Assembly (NCBI GenBank): GCA_002309475.1
Contig: DBXJ01000022.1
Coordinates: forward strand, 1 to 54,000
DNA from: Bacteroidales bacterium UBA1215
GTDB lineage: Bacteria > Bacteroidota > Bacteroidia > Bacteroidales > WCHB1-69
Length of the DNA stretch: 54,000 nt
Direction of reading: 5' to 3'
The notes under the pieces were generated by a model that was not told the origin of the DNA, did no database searches, and saw only the letters and a program-made list of their open reading frames with translations. Shown here one piece after another: positions 40,123-49,992 of the stretch; the stretch's first letter is position 1, and each line of letters starts with the position of its first letter. Made by a program: the position numbers and the translations under genes.

Positions 40123-41415
40123 ATGGAAGAAAAACTGCTACAATATATTTGGAAAAACAGAGTTTTTCCATTGACTGACTATCACTTGGTGACAGGTGAA
40201 AAGTTGGAAATTGTATCAGTGGGAGAAGAAAACTTAGATAGCGGTCCGGATTTTTTCAATGCAAAAATAAAAATCAACAATGTTTTATGGATTGGCAGCA
40301 TAGAAATTCATAAAAAATCTTCCGATTGGCTTAAGCACGGGCATTCGGGAGATTCGGCCTACGATAATGTAGTGCTGCATGTTGTTTATGAACATGATGT
40401 AGATGTAAAAAATTCCAAAGGAGAAGTTTTGCGTGTATTTGAATTGAATACGCTGATAAACAAATCGTTGGAAAGTGATTATAGAAGATATATAGAAAAA
40501 GGTTGTCCTATTATATGTGAAAAAAGTTTAGCTGATATTGATCAATTTCGTTTAGTAACTTGGCTGGATAGAATGGTGGTAAATCGATTAGACAGGCGAA
40601 CGGAAGATATCAATAGATATTTAGAACAAACAGTAAACAATAAAGAACAAGTTTTTTATGAATTGTTGGCGAAGGCTTTTGGCTTTAAAATCAATGCCTT
40701 GCCGATGCAAATGATAGCACAATCTTTGCCATTAAGTGTCATTGCCAAACAACATGATAGTTGTCTGCAAATTGAGGCAATGTTTTTCGGACAAGCAGGT
40801 TTGTTGGAACCTGATTATAATGACGAATATCCAAAAATGTTGCAAAAAGAGTATAACTTTCTAAAACGAAAATATAATCTGTCAGCACCTTGCACGGTGG
40901 CAACATGGAAGTTTGCAAAAATGTATCCGTCAGGTTTTCCGACAATTAGATTGTCGCAATTGGCTAATTTGATGTGCCAATCGCATAATTTGTTTTCCGA
41001 AGTGATGGAAGCAAATCATGTGAAAGAATTGGTGGATATTCTTTCTGTTAAAGCATCTTCATATTGGGATACACATTATCAATTTGACGTAGTTGCTAAA
41101 AAACAAGAGAAAAAATTGGGCAAGCAGGCAATTTATTCACTTATCATCAATACAATACTTCCTTTTGTTTATGCTTATGCCACTTGGATGGAGCAAGTGG
41201 ATAAAAAGAACAAAGTTTTGGAATTGTTGGAAAGTATGCCGGCAGAAGAGAATACGATAGTAAGAAAATATCAGGCCATTCATTCTCATGTCAAGAATGC
41301 TTTGCATTCTCAGGCTTTGATAGAATTATATCAAAATTATTGCAATAAAAAGAATTGCCTGCATTGTGGTATTGGCATTTATTTGCTGAAGGCTAGGGCA
41401 AATTGTGAGGTTTAG
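40123..41415 (+). CDS. DUF2851 family protein
   Basis: EKLLQYIW; GPDFFNAKI; EIHKKSSDW; AYDNVVLHVV; FPTIRLSQL; C-terminal YC...CLHC. Confidence 0.9.
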   Translation: MEEKLLQYIWKNRVFPLTDYHLVTGEKLEIVSVGEENLDSGPDFFNAKIKINNVLWIGSIEIHKKSSDWLKHGHSGDSAYDNVVLHVVYEHDVDVKNSKGEVLRVFELNTLINKSLESDYRRYIEKGCPIICEKSLADIDQFRLVTWLDRMVVNRLDRRTEDINRYLEQTVNNKEQVFYELLAKAFGFKINALPMQMIAQSLPLSVIAKQHDSCLQIEAMFFGQAGLLEPDYNDEYPKMLQKEYNFLKRKYNLSAPCTVATWKFAKMYPSGFPTIRLSQLANLMCQSHNLFSEVMEANHVKELVDILSVKASSYWDTHYQFDVVAKKQEKKLGKQAIYSLIINTILPFVYAYATWMEQVDKKNKVLELLESMPAEENTIVRKYQAIHSHVKNALHSQALIELYQNYCNKKNCLHCGIGIYLLKARANCEV

Positions 41416-42529
41416 AAAAAGCAGGATTGTTGATAAAAGATGTGTCAGTTAGAGTAAGCAAAAATGCTTTCAACTGACTTTTTTCTTTTGGAGTCAACAA
41501 AATTCCGCCATCGTTTAAATGATGCATCAAAGGATGTACGTATGGTGAATAATGTAAACCTTCGCTATAAAAATCTATTACTTCGTCTAAGGTTTTGTAG
41601 CGACCATCGTGCATGTAGGGTGCTGTCAATTCAATGTTTCTTAAGGAAGGTGCCCTATAAGCACCTTTGTCTGATTCTTTTCCTGTTACGGCATATCTAT
41701 CTCGATTGTCGGTGAAAATACTGTCTAAACCATTGTTGTAGTATTGGTTGGTAGTCATCAGCAAATTGCCTTCACTTCCATGACAATGGAAGCAATCGGC
41801 ACCTTCTTCTGTGCAAAATAGTACATATCCAGCTAATTCATCGTCAGTTAGCTGTATCTCGCCTCTAATATATTGGTCAAAACGAGAATTAGAAGAAATC
41901 AAAGTGCGGATAAATTGAGCAATGGCTTTTTCCACCCTTTCGGCAGTGATATCATCTGTTCCAAAAGCCGCTTTGAATAGTGGTGGATACATATCAATAG
42001 TTTTCAAGGTGGCGATACATCGATCCATAGAGGAATTCATTTCATGTTCTGCTTCAATACCCATTCTGACAATGTCTTCCAAATTGCAATAAAGAGGGTT
42101 GGGATTTGTATTGTAAATCATGCCGTTCCAAAAATAACCATTATTGTTGAAAATCAAATTACACAATGGCATCATGGCATGCGGTGTAGGTTTCCCGTCG
42201 ATGCCGAATGTTTTTCCGTCAATGTATTTCGGATGATTGAGGCCGCATTCAAAAGCGTTGGCTTGTATATGGCAAGATGCACAACACATCATTGAATCAG
42301 GATTGTTGCCGGCATATCCGCGAAGTCTGCTATCGTAGAATAAATATCTACCCAACTTCACACCTTCTATGGTAAGCGGGTTGTCATCAGGTTGATTGAG
42401 CAAAGTCGGAAAATAGCGAGGTATCTCCAACTGATAGGGTGTGGCACAAAATTTTTCTTCAGGCTTTGGCGGTCTGCAAGAATATAAATTCAAAAAAATA
42501 ATAGATAGCAGAAAAATTGTGCGTTTCAT
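41393..42529 (-). CDS. Di-heme cytochrome c peroxidase/MauG/MbnH superfamily lipoprotein
   Basis: Lipobox LYSC; DNPLTIEGVKLGRYLFYD; heme motifs CASCH and CFHCH; APSLRNIELTAPYMHDG. Confidence 0.9.
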   Translation of the reverse strand: MKRTIFLLSIIFLNLYSCRPPKPEEKFCATPYQLEIPRYFPTLLNQPDDNPLTIEGVKLGRYLFYDSRLRGYAGNNPDSMMCCASCHIQANAFECGLNHPKYIDGKTFGIDGKPTPHAMMPLCNLIFNNNGYFWNGMIYNTNPNPLYCNLEDIVRMGIEAEHEMNSSMDRCIATLKTIDMYPPLFKAAFGTDDITAERVEKAIAQFIRTLISSNSRFDQYIRGEIQLTDDELAGYVLFCTEEGADCFHCHGSEGNLLMTTNQYYNNGLDSIFTDNRDRYAVTGKESDKGAYRAPSLRNIELTAPYMHDGRYKTLDEVIDFYSEGLHYSPYVHPLMHHLNDGGILLTPKEKSQLKAFLLTLTDTSFINNPAFSKPHNLP

Positions 42530-42849
42530 TATCTGATATGGTGTGGCATGTCAAAAGGAATTACAAAAGAATATTCTATCAAACCACCGATTTCACCATT
42601 GTCATCTTTCCATGGAGTTTGATAGATGATTTTCTTTAAGCCGTTTTTTTCAATCGTGTAGGCGTTGCTACCTCCTTGAAGTAAGGCATGAATTTTTTCT
42701 ATAGATTTTTCTGAATGGCAAGGAAACAAACTTTGTCCAATCTTGTTGCCAAAAGTCGCTATTGATTTGTCATTCATGTAAATAATTATGCCATCTTTAT
42801 TACAAATGGTGATGGAACCTTCTTGATGTTTAAAATAATCTGGTATCAT
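42529..42849 (-). CDS. Stand-alone PAS domain protein
   Basis: ITICNKDGIIIYMN; IGQSLFPCH; NAYTIEKNGLKKIIYQTPW. Confidence 0.8.
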   Translation of the reverse strand: MIPDYFKHQEGSITICNKDGIIIYMNDKSIATFGNKIGQSLFPCHSEKSIEKIHALLQGGSNAYTIEKNGLKKIIYQTPWKDDNGEIGGLIEYSFVIPFDMPHHIR

Positions 42850-45800
42850 GATTGTTATTTTTTATAGTCATTTTCTTAGTGATTTGTTGCCCATTGAAGA
42901 GCATTGTATAAAAATATATGCCGGCAGATAAGTTTTCAATATTTAAGAATATGCAATTTTTTCCGGCGATTGCCTCTTGTGATGTTTGATAAAGAATTTG
43001 TCCTGTAATATTGGTAATGGTGAAAACAACTGTTCCGCTTTCAGGAACATTGTAGTCAACTTTCGTTTGCGAATAGGCCGGATTGGGAATATTTTGACTT
43101 AATGAAAGTATAGGACAATTGTCTTCGTCAATGTCCAAGTCGGTGCATTTGGTCAAAGATAGTGTGTCATTGTCAGGATTAGCATCTATCGTGTTGATAA
43201 AGGCGGTGATAGTAAAATATGCGTTGTTGGGAATTTTGAAACTTTTGGGTACTTCAAAGTCTAAATAAGAGTTGGAGGCAATGTCATTTAAAGTTTCTGT
43301 CCAATGGGTAATGGTACTATTTTCCGTTTTTGTAACTACATGCAATACTATACCTTGTGCATTTTCATAAGGATGACGGTTGAGAACTCTTACTTTTGCT
43401 TTTATATTTTCGCCAACATTGTGGCATGCATTGTCGTTTAACGGGTATAGGATATCTGTAACAGCCACATCGTTTTGGTCAACACATTCTGATATAACAT
43501 CCGAATAATTAAATGATGGATTACAAGATTGACTTGCAATTACCTCTACTGAATATATCTCATCATTGGGGACAAGGTATGGTTTTGCAAAAGTATAAAT
43601 TAAACTATCGTCAGCGGTGATGGTAGAGTAGATGCTATCGAAAAAACAATCAATTTTTTTACCTGTAATGTCATATAAATTTAATGTAAGAATGGTGCTA
43701 TCCATATTGATGTTTCCATTGTTTTTGACGGAGACAGTCTGGTTTACATGAGTACCTATCACAATACAATCTGTAAAAAGATGGCTATTTGTAATTTGAG
43801 AAATAGTTACATCCATAGCCGGATGAATGATGAGAGTATCGTATAATATGTCATTAGCACTTATTTGATCTACGGGTGTCATTATTTTGGCATAAATGTA
43901 GTAGGTGCCCGGATAAAAGTCAAAATTACTGTCTATTACTACTATGTAGTCGTTTAGACCTAAAACAGTTCCACTTCTTAAAGGAATGGTATAATTTTTT
44001 GTAGTGGCTCCGCTGATATCTACTTGCAGAGATGTTGGATAATCGGCAAAATTAATATTTTGTGCAGTCAGGCTGCTTAATATCAAATTCAGTTTTTGTT
44101 CTGTAAAATGGCAAGAGGATATATCAGGGAAAGGAATGGGGTTTATGGCTAAATCTTGGTCAGCGTTCAATTTTATTCTGTCTATATATTGTTCGCCATC
44201 GAATTGTGGCAATGACATTCGCATAGATTCAAATAATAGAATCACACAAGAATGATTGACAAAATTGTCTAAATGGCAAGTATATTGTGTCCATCCCATG
44301 TCTTTGCCATTGTTTTTCTTGATGGAAAATAAAGTAGTGAAGGTTTGTCCGCCATCTAAAGTTAAACGAACATCGGTATAATCTAAAGGAGAAGTGTTGG
44401 ATGAGGTGTCATGCCAATACCAAAAATCTAATGTCGGATTTGAAGTTTTATTTAAATTTAATTGGCAAGAATATAATTGTGTGAATGAACCTCTTGAACC
44501 ATCAAATTTTATCATGGCGTTACCGGTAAGCGGCCTTACCTTGTCAAACCTATTAGAATCGTTGATAGTTACCCACCCATCAGTAGTGCCTTTGTTGTCC
44601 ATATATTTAAAAAAAGACGACATGCCATTGGAAAAATCTATGTCAATAGGAAGTTCCATTTTCCCTGATATATAACTATGGTATATGGTGTCGTCAAAAT
44701 CATACAAATCTTGGTTGTCTTGCAGCCAAATTTTCATACTATAAGCACCGGCACGATGATTGGGCAATAAGTTTGTAATTTCAATAGTATCCATTTCGCC
44801 GGATTTCAAGGTGCCGAGACGGAGGGTTTTAGTTGCAACGAAATGGATAGGAGAACTTACTTCCAAATTGAAAGTTACATTGTTGGAATCAAAATGGTAG
44901 ATATTGTCGCCCATATTGACTAAGCAAGCCTTTACAGATGTATATTGAGGTGTGCATAAGTTAGATGCTTCGGTGATAGGTTCTAATATTTTTACAATAC
45001 CAATATCAGTGCCGTGGTAGGCGGCAAATTGTGAGCAGATAGTTAGCTGAATGTCAGGACGATAATTTGTAATATTGCCGGACGATAGGGGAAAACTAAC
45101 ATCACTATAATTATATGCAGCACTATTGTTGGGAGTGGAGTGATGATAAAATTTATAGTTATAACCATAATTTTCGCCATGTCGATTTTCCCAAAAAATC
45201 ATTAGATTTTTATCGGCAGGTAAGAAAAATGCTGAGTCTAAAGTAATCTCACACCAGCCATTGTTCCAAGCGATATCTCCTGACCATACTTGTTGTATAG
45301 AATTATTGTTGATAGGGTTGATATAGTCTTTTGTAACTACCGAATCATCAGTTGCCATCATGTAGCATGCTTGATTGTGAGATATGTGTGAGTTGGTATC
45401 AGTATATCGCCAAGCTATTTTTGTTATCAATCCTCCTTTGGAATAGGTTTGGAGTTCGCGGGAGAGATAAATTTGCCGGCTCCAATTATAATTATGTGAT
45501 AAATTGCAAGGAGAATAGTAATTGGAATGATTACCTATCAAATTGATAGTATCCATGTCTGTTCCGGGCATCAAAAATGTGGAGTCTGTCAATGTGATAC
45601 TACTATCCGAATGATGTATGGTAATGCTATAGGTGACAGTTGCTCCGTAATAATATTGAGGAGACGAAACCTTCCAAATATTGTAGTTGTCATAGACCAT
45701 GGTAAGGGTATCGTAAATGCTGGTGTCACCAATATCGGCTTTGAAAGCCATTTCAGGCATGCAAACTAATGAATCGTTGCCATGGTATTGTACATAAACC

Positions 45801-45922
45801 TCAAAAGATAAAGCATGAATGGTGTCTTTAACAATAGGAGCGGTAAATGTGATTAAAGCTGATTGAGCCATTGTTGTTAACATGGATAAAGAAAGTAATA
45901 ATGTCAACACCTTTTTCATCAC
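42830..45922 (-). CDS. Large T9SS type A sorting-domain surface protein
   Basis: Signal peptide; repeated Ig/CARDB-like modules ending in NDTL-like motifs; CTD LSQNIPNPA...NITGQ...LSAGIYFY...TKKMTIK. Confidence 0.88.
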   Translation of the reverse strand: MMKKVLTLLLSLSMLTTMAQSALITFTAPIVKDTIHALSFEVYVQYHGNDSLVCMPEMAFKADIGDTSIYDTLTMVYDNYNIWKVSSPQYYYGATVTYSITIHHSDSSITLTDSTFLMPGTDMDTINLIGNHSNYYSPCNLSHNYNWSRQIYLSRELQTYSKGGLITKIAWRYTDTNSHISHNQACYMMATDDSVVTKDYINPINNNSIQQVWSGDIAWNNGWCEITLDSAFFLPADKNLMIFWENRHGENYGYNYKFYHHSTPNNSAAYNYSDVSFPLSSGNITNYRPDIQLTICSQFAAYHGTDIGIVKILEPITEASNLCTPQYTSVKACLVNMGDNIYHFDSNNVTFNLEVSSPIHFVATKTLRLGTLKSGEMDTIEITNLLPNHRAGAYSMKIWLQDNQDLYDFDDTIYHSYISGKMELPIDIDFSNGMSSFFKYMDNKGTTDGWVTINDSNRFDKVRPLTGNAMIKFDGSRGSFTQLYSCQLNLNKTSNPTLDFWYWHDTSSNTSPLDYTDVRLTLDGGQTFTTLFSIKKNNGKDMGWTQYTCHLDNFVNHSCVILLFESMRMSLPQFDGEQYIDRIKLNADQDLAINPIPFPDISSCHFTEQKLNLILSSLTAQNINFADYPTSLQVDISGATTKNYTIPLRSGTVLGLNDYIVVIDSNFDFYPGTYYIYAKIMTPVDQISANDILYDTLIIHPAMDVTISQITNSHLFTDCIVIGTHVNQTVSVKNNGNINMDSTILTLNLYDITGKKIDCFFDSIYSTITADDSLIYTFAKPYLVPNDEIYSVEVIASQSCNPSFNYSDVISECVDQNDVAVTDILYPLNDNACHNVGENIKAKVRVLNRHPYENAQGIVLHVVTKTENSTITHWTETLNDIASNSYLDFEVPKSFKIPNNAYFTITAFINTIDANPDNDTLSLTKCTDLDIDEDNCPILSLSQNIPNPAYSQTKVDYNVPESGTVVFTITNITGQILYQTSQEAIAGKNCIFLNIENLSAGIYFYTMLFNGQQITKKMTIKNNNHDTRLF

Positions 45923-45968
45923 GTTTGTTTTAATGGTTCAATAATCAGTTATTTTGACAAACAATTTT

Positions 45969-46664
45969 TTATATTATAATTTTATCTTTTTCCTTTTCTT
46001 TGAGTTGTTGATACGATTCTTTGTTAAAAGCATATTTCATGTCATGACTTGGTGAAGGAATTTCTATTAGAATATTGGCGGATAGTATCTTTTTGGCAAA
46101 ATATTCTTGATTGAAGTGTGTGTCAAGAATGCATTCATATACATTTTGCAATTCACTCATAGAAAATTCTTCATTTAACAAATGAAATACAATTGGCTCA
46201 AAGTGAATTCTTTCTCTTAACTTTTGCAGTGCTATTGTCAGCATTTCTTTGTGGTCAAAGGCAAGAGGCGGCAGTTCGTCAATAGAAAACCAACGAGCAT
46301 CATTTGCATCATCATCGGCGATTACCTTGTAATCGTCAGAACGGATAAAAGCCATGAAAGCAATGGTAACAACACGTTCTCGTGGATCTCTGTTTACAGA
46401 ACCAAAGCAATGAAATTGTTGCATATAGATGTTTTCCAAGTGGGTTTCTTCCTTTAATTCTCTTTTGGCACATTCTTCTATCGATTCGTCAATATCCATA
46501 AATCCACCCGGAAATGCCCACCAACCTTTGTAAGGATTATTTCCACGTTTTATCAGCAAAACTTGCAATTGTTTGTTTTTATAACAAAATAAAACACAAT
46601 CGGTAGTAACTGCCGGATGCGGATATTTATATTGATACAGTTGTTGTTTGTTCATCTTTGTCAT
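45969..46664 (-). CDS. NrtR-like Nudix hydrolase with C-terminal winged-helix region
   Basis: [10 protein letters not shown]; WAFPGGF...E...RELKEET; RDPRERV; LAFDH; [11 protein letters not shown]. Alternative start at 46655. Confidence 0.88.
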   Translation of the reverse strand: MTKMNKQQLYQYKYPHPAVTTDCVLFCYKNKQLQVLLIKRGNNPYKGWWAFPGGFMDIDESIEECAKRELKEETHLENIYMQQFHCFGSVNRDPRERVVTIAFMAFIRSDDYKVIADDDANDARWFSIDELPPLAFDHKEMLTIALQKLRERIHFEPIVFHLLNEEFSMSELQNVYECILDTHFNQEYFAKKILSANILIEIPSPSHDMKYAFNKESYQQLKEKEKDKIII

Positions 46665-47292
46665 TCAATTTTTTAAACATACCACCTTTGGTTAGCCATG
46701 CAAAACTAAATGCCAACAGCATAATAAATTCGTTGATAATAGTCCAATATCCTTCAAAAAAGTCGATCAATGCTGTAATGAGTTGCCAGATTTCAAACAA
46801 GACAATAATGCCTGCGCAAACATAGTAAATGGTATTACGAGTTTTCTTTTCTTTTGTCATTTCTCCGTTTGTCTTGGTAAATGCAAAACATATCATAAAT
46901 GCAAAATCGGTAAATAAAATAGCAGCACTTATGTTATGGACGATAGCACTAATGTTTACAGGAATATTGAAAATACCTACCAATTCGCCTGCTCCCGGAC
47001 ATTCGCAAGGAAATGCAACTATCATGATTGAAGCGATAGCAGCTACTATTGTCGAAATTCTGTCCAATAAATCGTAACCTTTGTAACTTAAAAAATATAT
47101 AAAGATAGTGAATAGCAAGCCGATTAAAAACATTTTGCTATTGGCATAGTAGGTGGCACTAATGGAATACCACCAATGTTCTGCGTTGGTATTTAAACCG
47201 AATAAACCAAACCCGAGACATAAAGGTGCCAACAAGGCACATAAAATTCCTAAAGCTTTTCTCTGATGATTTAATAAGATTTTATCGTTCAT
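46627..47292 (-). CDS. Multi-pass membrane protein (about 6 TM; SISxYY/His motifs, DUF998-like)
   Basis: HQRKALG; YSISATYY; SYKGYD; VHNISA; INEF. Start placed at MNDKILL. Confidence 0.7.
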   Translation of the reverse strand: MNDKILLNHQRKALGILCALLAPLCLGFGLFGLNTNAEHWWYSISATYYANSKMFLIGLLFTIFIYFLSYKGYDLLDRISTIVAAIASIMIVAFPCECPGAGELVGIFNIPVNISAIVHNISAAILFTDFAFMICFAFTKTNGEMTKEKKTRNTIYYVCAGIIVLFEIWQLITALIDFFEGYWTIINEFIMLLAFSFAWLTKGGMFKKLNDKDEQTTTVSI

Positions 47293-47312
47293 GGTTCGTT
47301 TTATAAGGTGTT

Positions 47313-47699
47313 TTATTTCAATATTTTCCAAAAAGAATTAGGTAAGGCTACGTTTCCTAAATTAACACAATCGGCAAAAAGCGGTGCGATTTCCGCATCT
47401 TGAAATCCGGCAATGCCACAGCCGATGCGAGTGACTAAAAAATCAAATTCTTGATGTTGTTGTGCGAATGCAATAAATTCGTCCACATAGGGTTTGATAG
47501 TTTCTACGCCGCCTTGCATAGTGGGTATGGCATAACACTGACCTTGCAGGCCGACACCTTGTCCCCATATTGCACCAAATTGCTCCACTGCAATTCTGGC
47601 AGCTCCGCCACCATGGCTGCCGGAAAGGTTACTGCCAAAAACAAATATTTCATTGGCATTTAAATGACTGATTCTTTCAGGTGTAATTCTATTTTTCAT
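47313..47699 (-). CDS. A1S_2505-like (macro-domain-related) protein
   Basis: EIFVFGSNLSGSHGGGAA; GQCYAIPT; FLVTRIGCGIAG; EIAPLF. Confidence 0.8.
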   Translation of the reverse strand: MKNRITPERISHLNANEIFVFGSNLSGSHGGGAARIAVEQFGAIWGQGVGLQGQCYAIPTMQGGVETIKPYVDEFIAFAQQHQEFDFLVTRIGCGIAGFQDAEIAPLFADCVNLGNVALPNSFWKILK

Positions 47700-47775
47700 T
47701 TTCTTGAGTTTTTTTTATTTTGCCACGTTCAAGTTACAAATGCAAATTTATTCAACAATAATTTCTAAACGAGTA

Positions 47776-48219
47776 TTATAGTAGTTCATATTTTATTATT
47801 TCCTCTCGACTTTTTTCAGAATCTTTATTTTTATTATAAATAGGATTTTCAAGACCTCTGCTTTTAATATTATAATTATTTTGGTGAGGAATTCTATTTT
47901 GCAGTTCTATACACAGATGTTCTTTTAATTTATCAGATATATCTATACACCATAATGTGTCATTATATCTTCCTAAACAAAAATATATATCAATACGAAA
48001 TGACAATGAGTCATTATTTTTCAAAAATTGTGCAAGATTGTCCAATTGAGTTCCCTGTACAAAATGATATCCTGTCAAATAAAACGATGGTATATTTACA
48101 ACAATAATGTCTCCTTTTCTTAATGATACATTGCTATTGGGATAACCAAAGTACACATATTGTGAAAATAACACATAAGTGCTTGAAATCAATATACAAA
48201 TTAGTAATAACTTTTTCAT
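47776..48219 (-). CDS. Secreted hypothetical protein with degenerate or truncated OmpA-like domain
   Basis: Signal peptide; LDNLAQFLKNNDSLSFRIDI; SRGLENPI. The usual terminal NRR motif is missing. Very AT-rich. Confidence 0.5.
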   Translation of the reverse strand: MKKLLLICILISSTYVLFSQYVYFGYPNSNVSLRKGDIIVVNIPSFYLTGYHFVQGTQLDNLAQFLKNNDSLSFRIDIYFCLGRYNDTLWCIDISDKLKEHLCIELQNRIPHQNNYNIKSRGLENPIYNKNKDSEKSREEIIKYELL

Positions 48220-48616
48220 TATTCTTCCTTTGATTTGTTTGGTTTGTTATCGAATTCTTGAGCCATCACTGCAATTTCTTGACAATATCACCTCCCTTGA
48301 GTGTTATAAAAATAGGATTTTTGTCTATTTTTAATCTGTCCGATTTTTTGTGAGGACTACAATACATCATTTGTCGCATTTAGGTTTGCAAAAATACATA
48401 TAATTTTTGTATTAAAAAACTTACATGTCATTTTTTTACCTAAATAAAATTTATTTTTATGATAATCAATAATATAAATTGCTTATTTTGCAAAAGTAAT
48501 TATAAAAAACATTCAATTCGGCAAAAAAAAGTGAATAAAAGATTGTTGAAAAAAGAATGCTAAAAGAGTGGCAATTGTCTAAATTTTGTGGTAAACTTGC
48601 AAATTATTTCAAAGGC

Positions 48617-49987
48617 ATGCAAGATAATAGAGAAAAATTTGAACATTTTAGGCAGCGTTATCCTATTTTTACCTACGATAGTTATCAATACAAACAGGTG
48701 GGGCAAGATATCTATTTGCAATTTCGTTTTTTGGTTGGAGATGATATTGTGTTTGAACCGCAATCTATTATCAAATATCATCCCGATTTTGCTAATTTCT
48801 TTGCTCATCATTCATTATCGGATTTGGATACTTTGTTCTTTCATATCGGCATGATAGAATTGATTAGTTATTGGAAATCGGTTTGTTCGCCGAAAATACT
48901 TATAAAAGCCAATTCCTTGCCGAAAGCATCTATTGATTTTTGGAAGAAGTTATATTTCAATGGCTTAGGTGAGTTTTTCTTTGTCAATAATATTCATACT
49001 ACAATAGATCATTTTGTGGAAATAGAGGCAGAAGATAGAGAAGTGCCTTTGATAGATGTGGATTTATACGACAAAACGATTGTGCCGATAGGAGGAGGAA
49101 AGGATTCTGTAGTCACTTTGGAGGCTTTACGCAATAAAAAAGATGTTATGCCAATGATTATCAATCCGCGTGGGGCAACAGTTGATTGTGCCAAAACAGC
49201 AGGCTTTGACAACAATTTTATGGAAATTAAACGTACTATTTGTCCGAATCTGTTGACATTGAATGCACAAGGATATTTAAACGGGCATACGCCGTTTTCT
49301 GCTATGTTGGCATTTTATACTATGTTGCTGGCATGTTTGAGCGGCAGAAAAAACGTGGCTTTGTCCAATGAAAATTCCGCTAATGAAGCCACCGTGATTG
49401 GTTCTGATGTAAATCATCAATATTCTAAATCTCTGGAATTTGAAAGCGATTTTAGAAATTATATTGCTAAATATATCAACGATAAGTTGAATTATTATAG
49501 CTTTTTACGTCCTTTGACGGAATTGCAGATTGCTTATTTGTTTGCTAAAAATCCGTCTTATTTTCCTTCATTTAAAAGTTGTAATGTCGGTAGCAAGACA
49601 AATGTTTGGTGTGGAAATTGTGCAAAATGTTTGTTTACTTTCACTATTTTATCGCCCTTTATTGATATTTCAACTTTGAAGACAATTTATGGAAGCGATT
49701 TGTTTGAAAATGAGTCTCTCTTGGAAACGCTAAAGGAATTGTGCGGCATGAAACCAACCAAACCTTTTGAATGTGTTGGAACGATTAGTGAAGTATGTTT
49801 GTCGTTGGTTAACAGCATGAAAAAATATGATGTATTGCCGTTTTTGTTAGCATTTTTTGAAAAAACACAACAATATCAGCAATATAAGAATATTTCCTTG
49901 CAGCAGGAATTGCAAAAATGGAATGAAGAAAATTTTTTACAAGCAGATGAAAAACAACTGCTTAAAGAATTGTTGAATATAAAATAA
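48617..49987 (+). CDS. MurL-like UDP-MurNAc-L-Ala-L-Glu epimerase
   Basis: ISYWK; LYFNGLGEF; VPIGGGKDS; NGHTPFSA; SNENSA; VNHQYSKS; WCGNCAKCLF; KPFECVG. Confidence 0.8.
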   Translation: MQDNREKFEHFRQRYPIFTYDSYQYKQVGQDIYLQFRFLVGDDIVFEPQSIIKYHPDFANFFAHHSLSDLDTLFFHIGMIELISYWKSVCSPKILIKANSLPKASIDFWKKLYFNGLGEFFFVNNIHTTIDHFVEIEAEDREVPLIDVDLYDKTIVPIGGGKDSVVTLEALRNKKDVMPMIINPRGATVDCAKTAGFDNNFMEIKRTICPNLLTLNAQGYLNGHTPFSAMLAFYTMLLACLSGRKNVALSNENSANEATVIGSDVNHQYSKSLEFESDFRNYIAKYINDKLNYYSFLRPLTELQIAYLFAKNPSYFPSFKSCNVGSKTNVWCGNCAKCLFTFTILSPFIDISTLKTIYGSDLFENESLLETLKELCGMKPTKPFECVGTISEVCLSLVNSMKKYDVLPFLLAFFEKTQQYQQYKNISLQQELQKWNEENFLQADEKQLLKELLNIK

Positions 49988-49992
49988 AAAAG

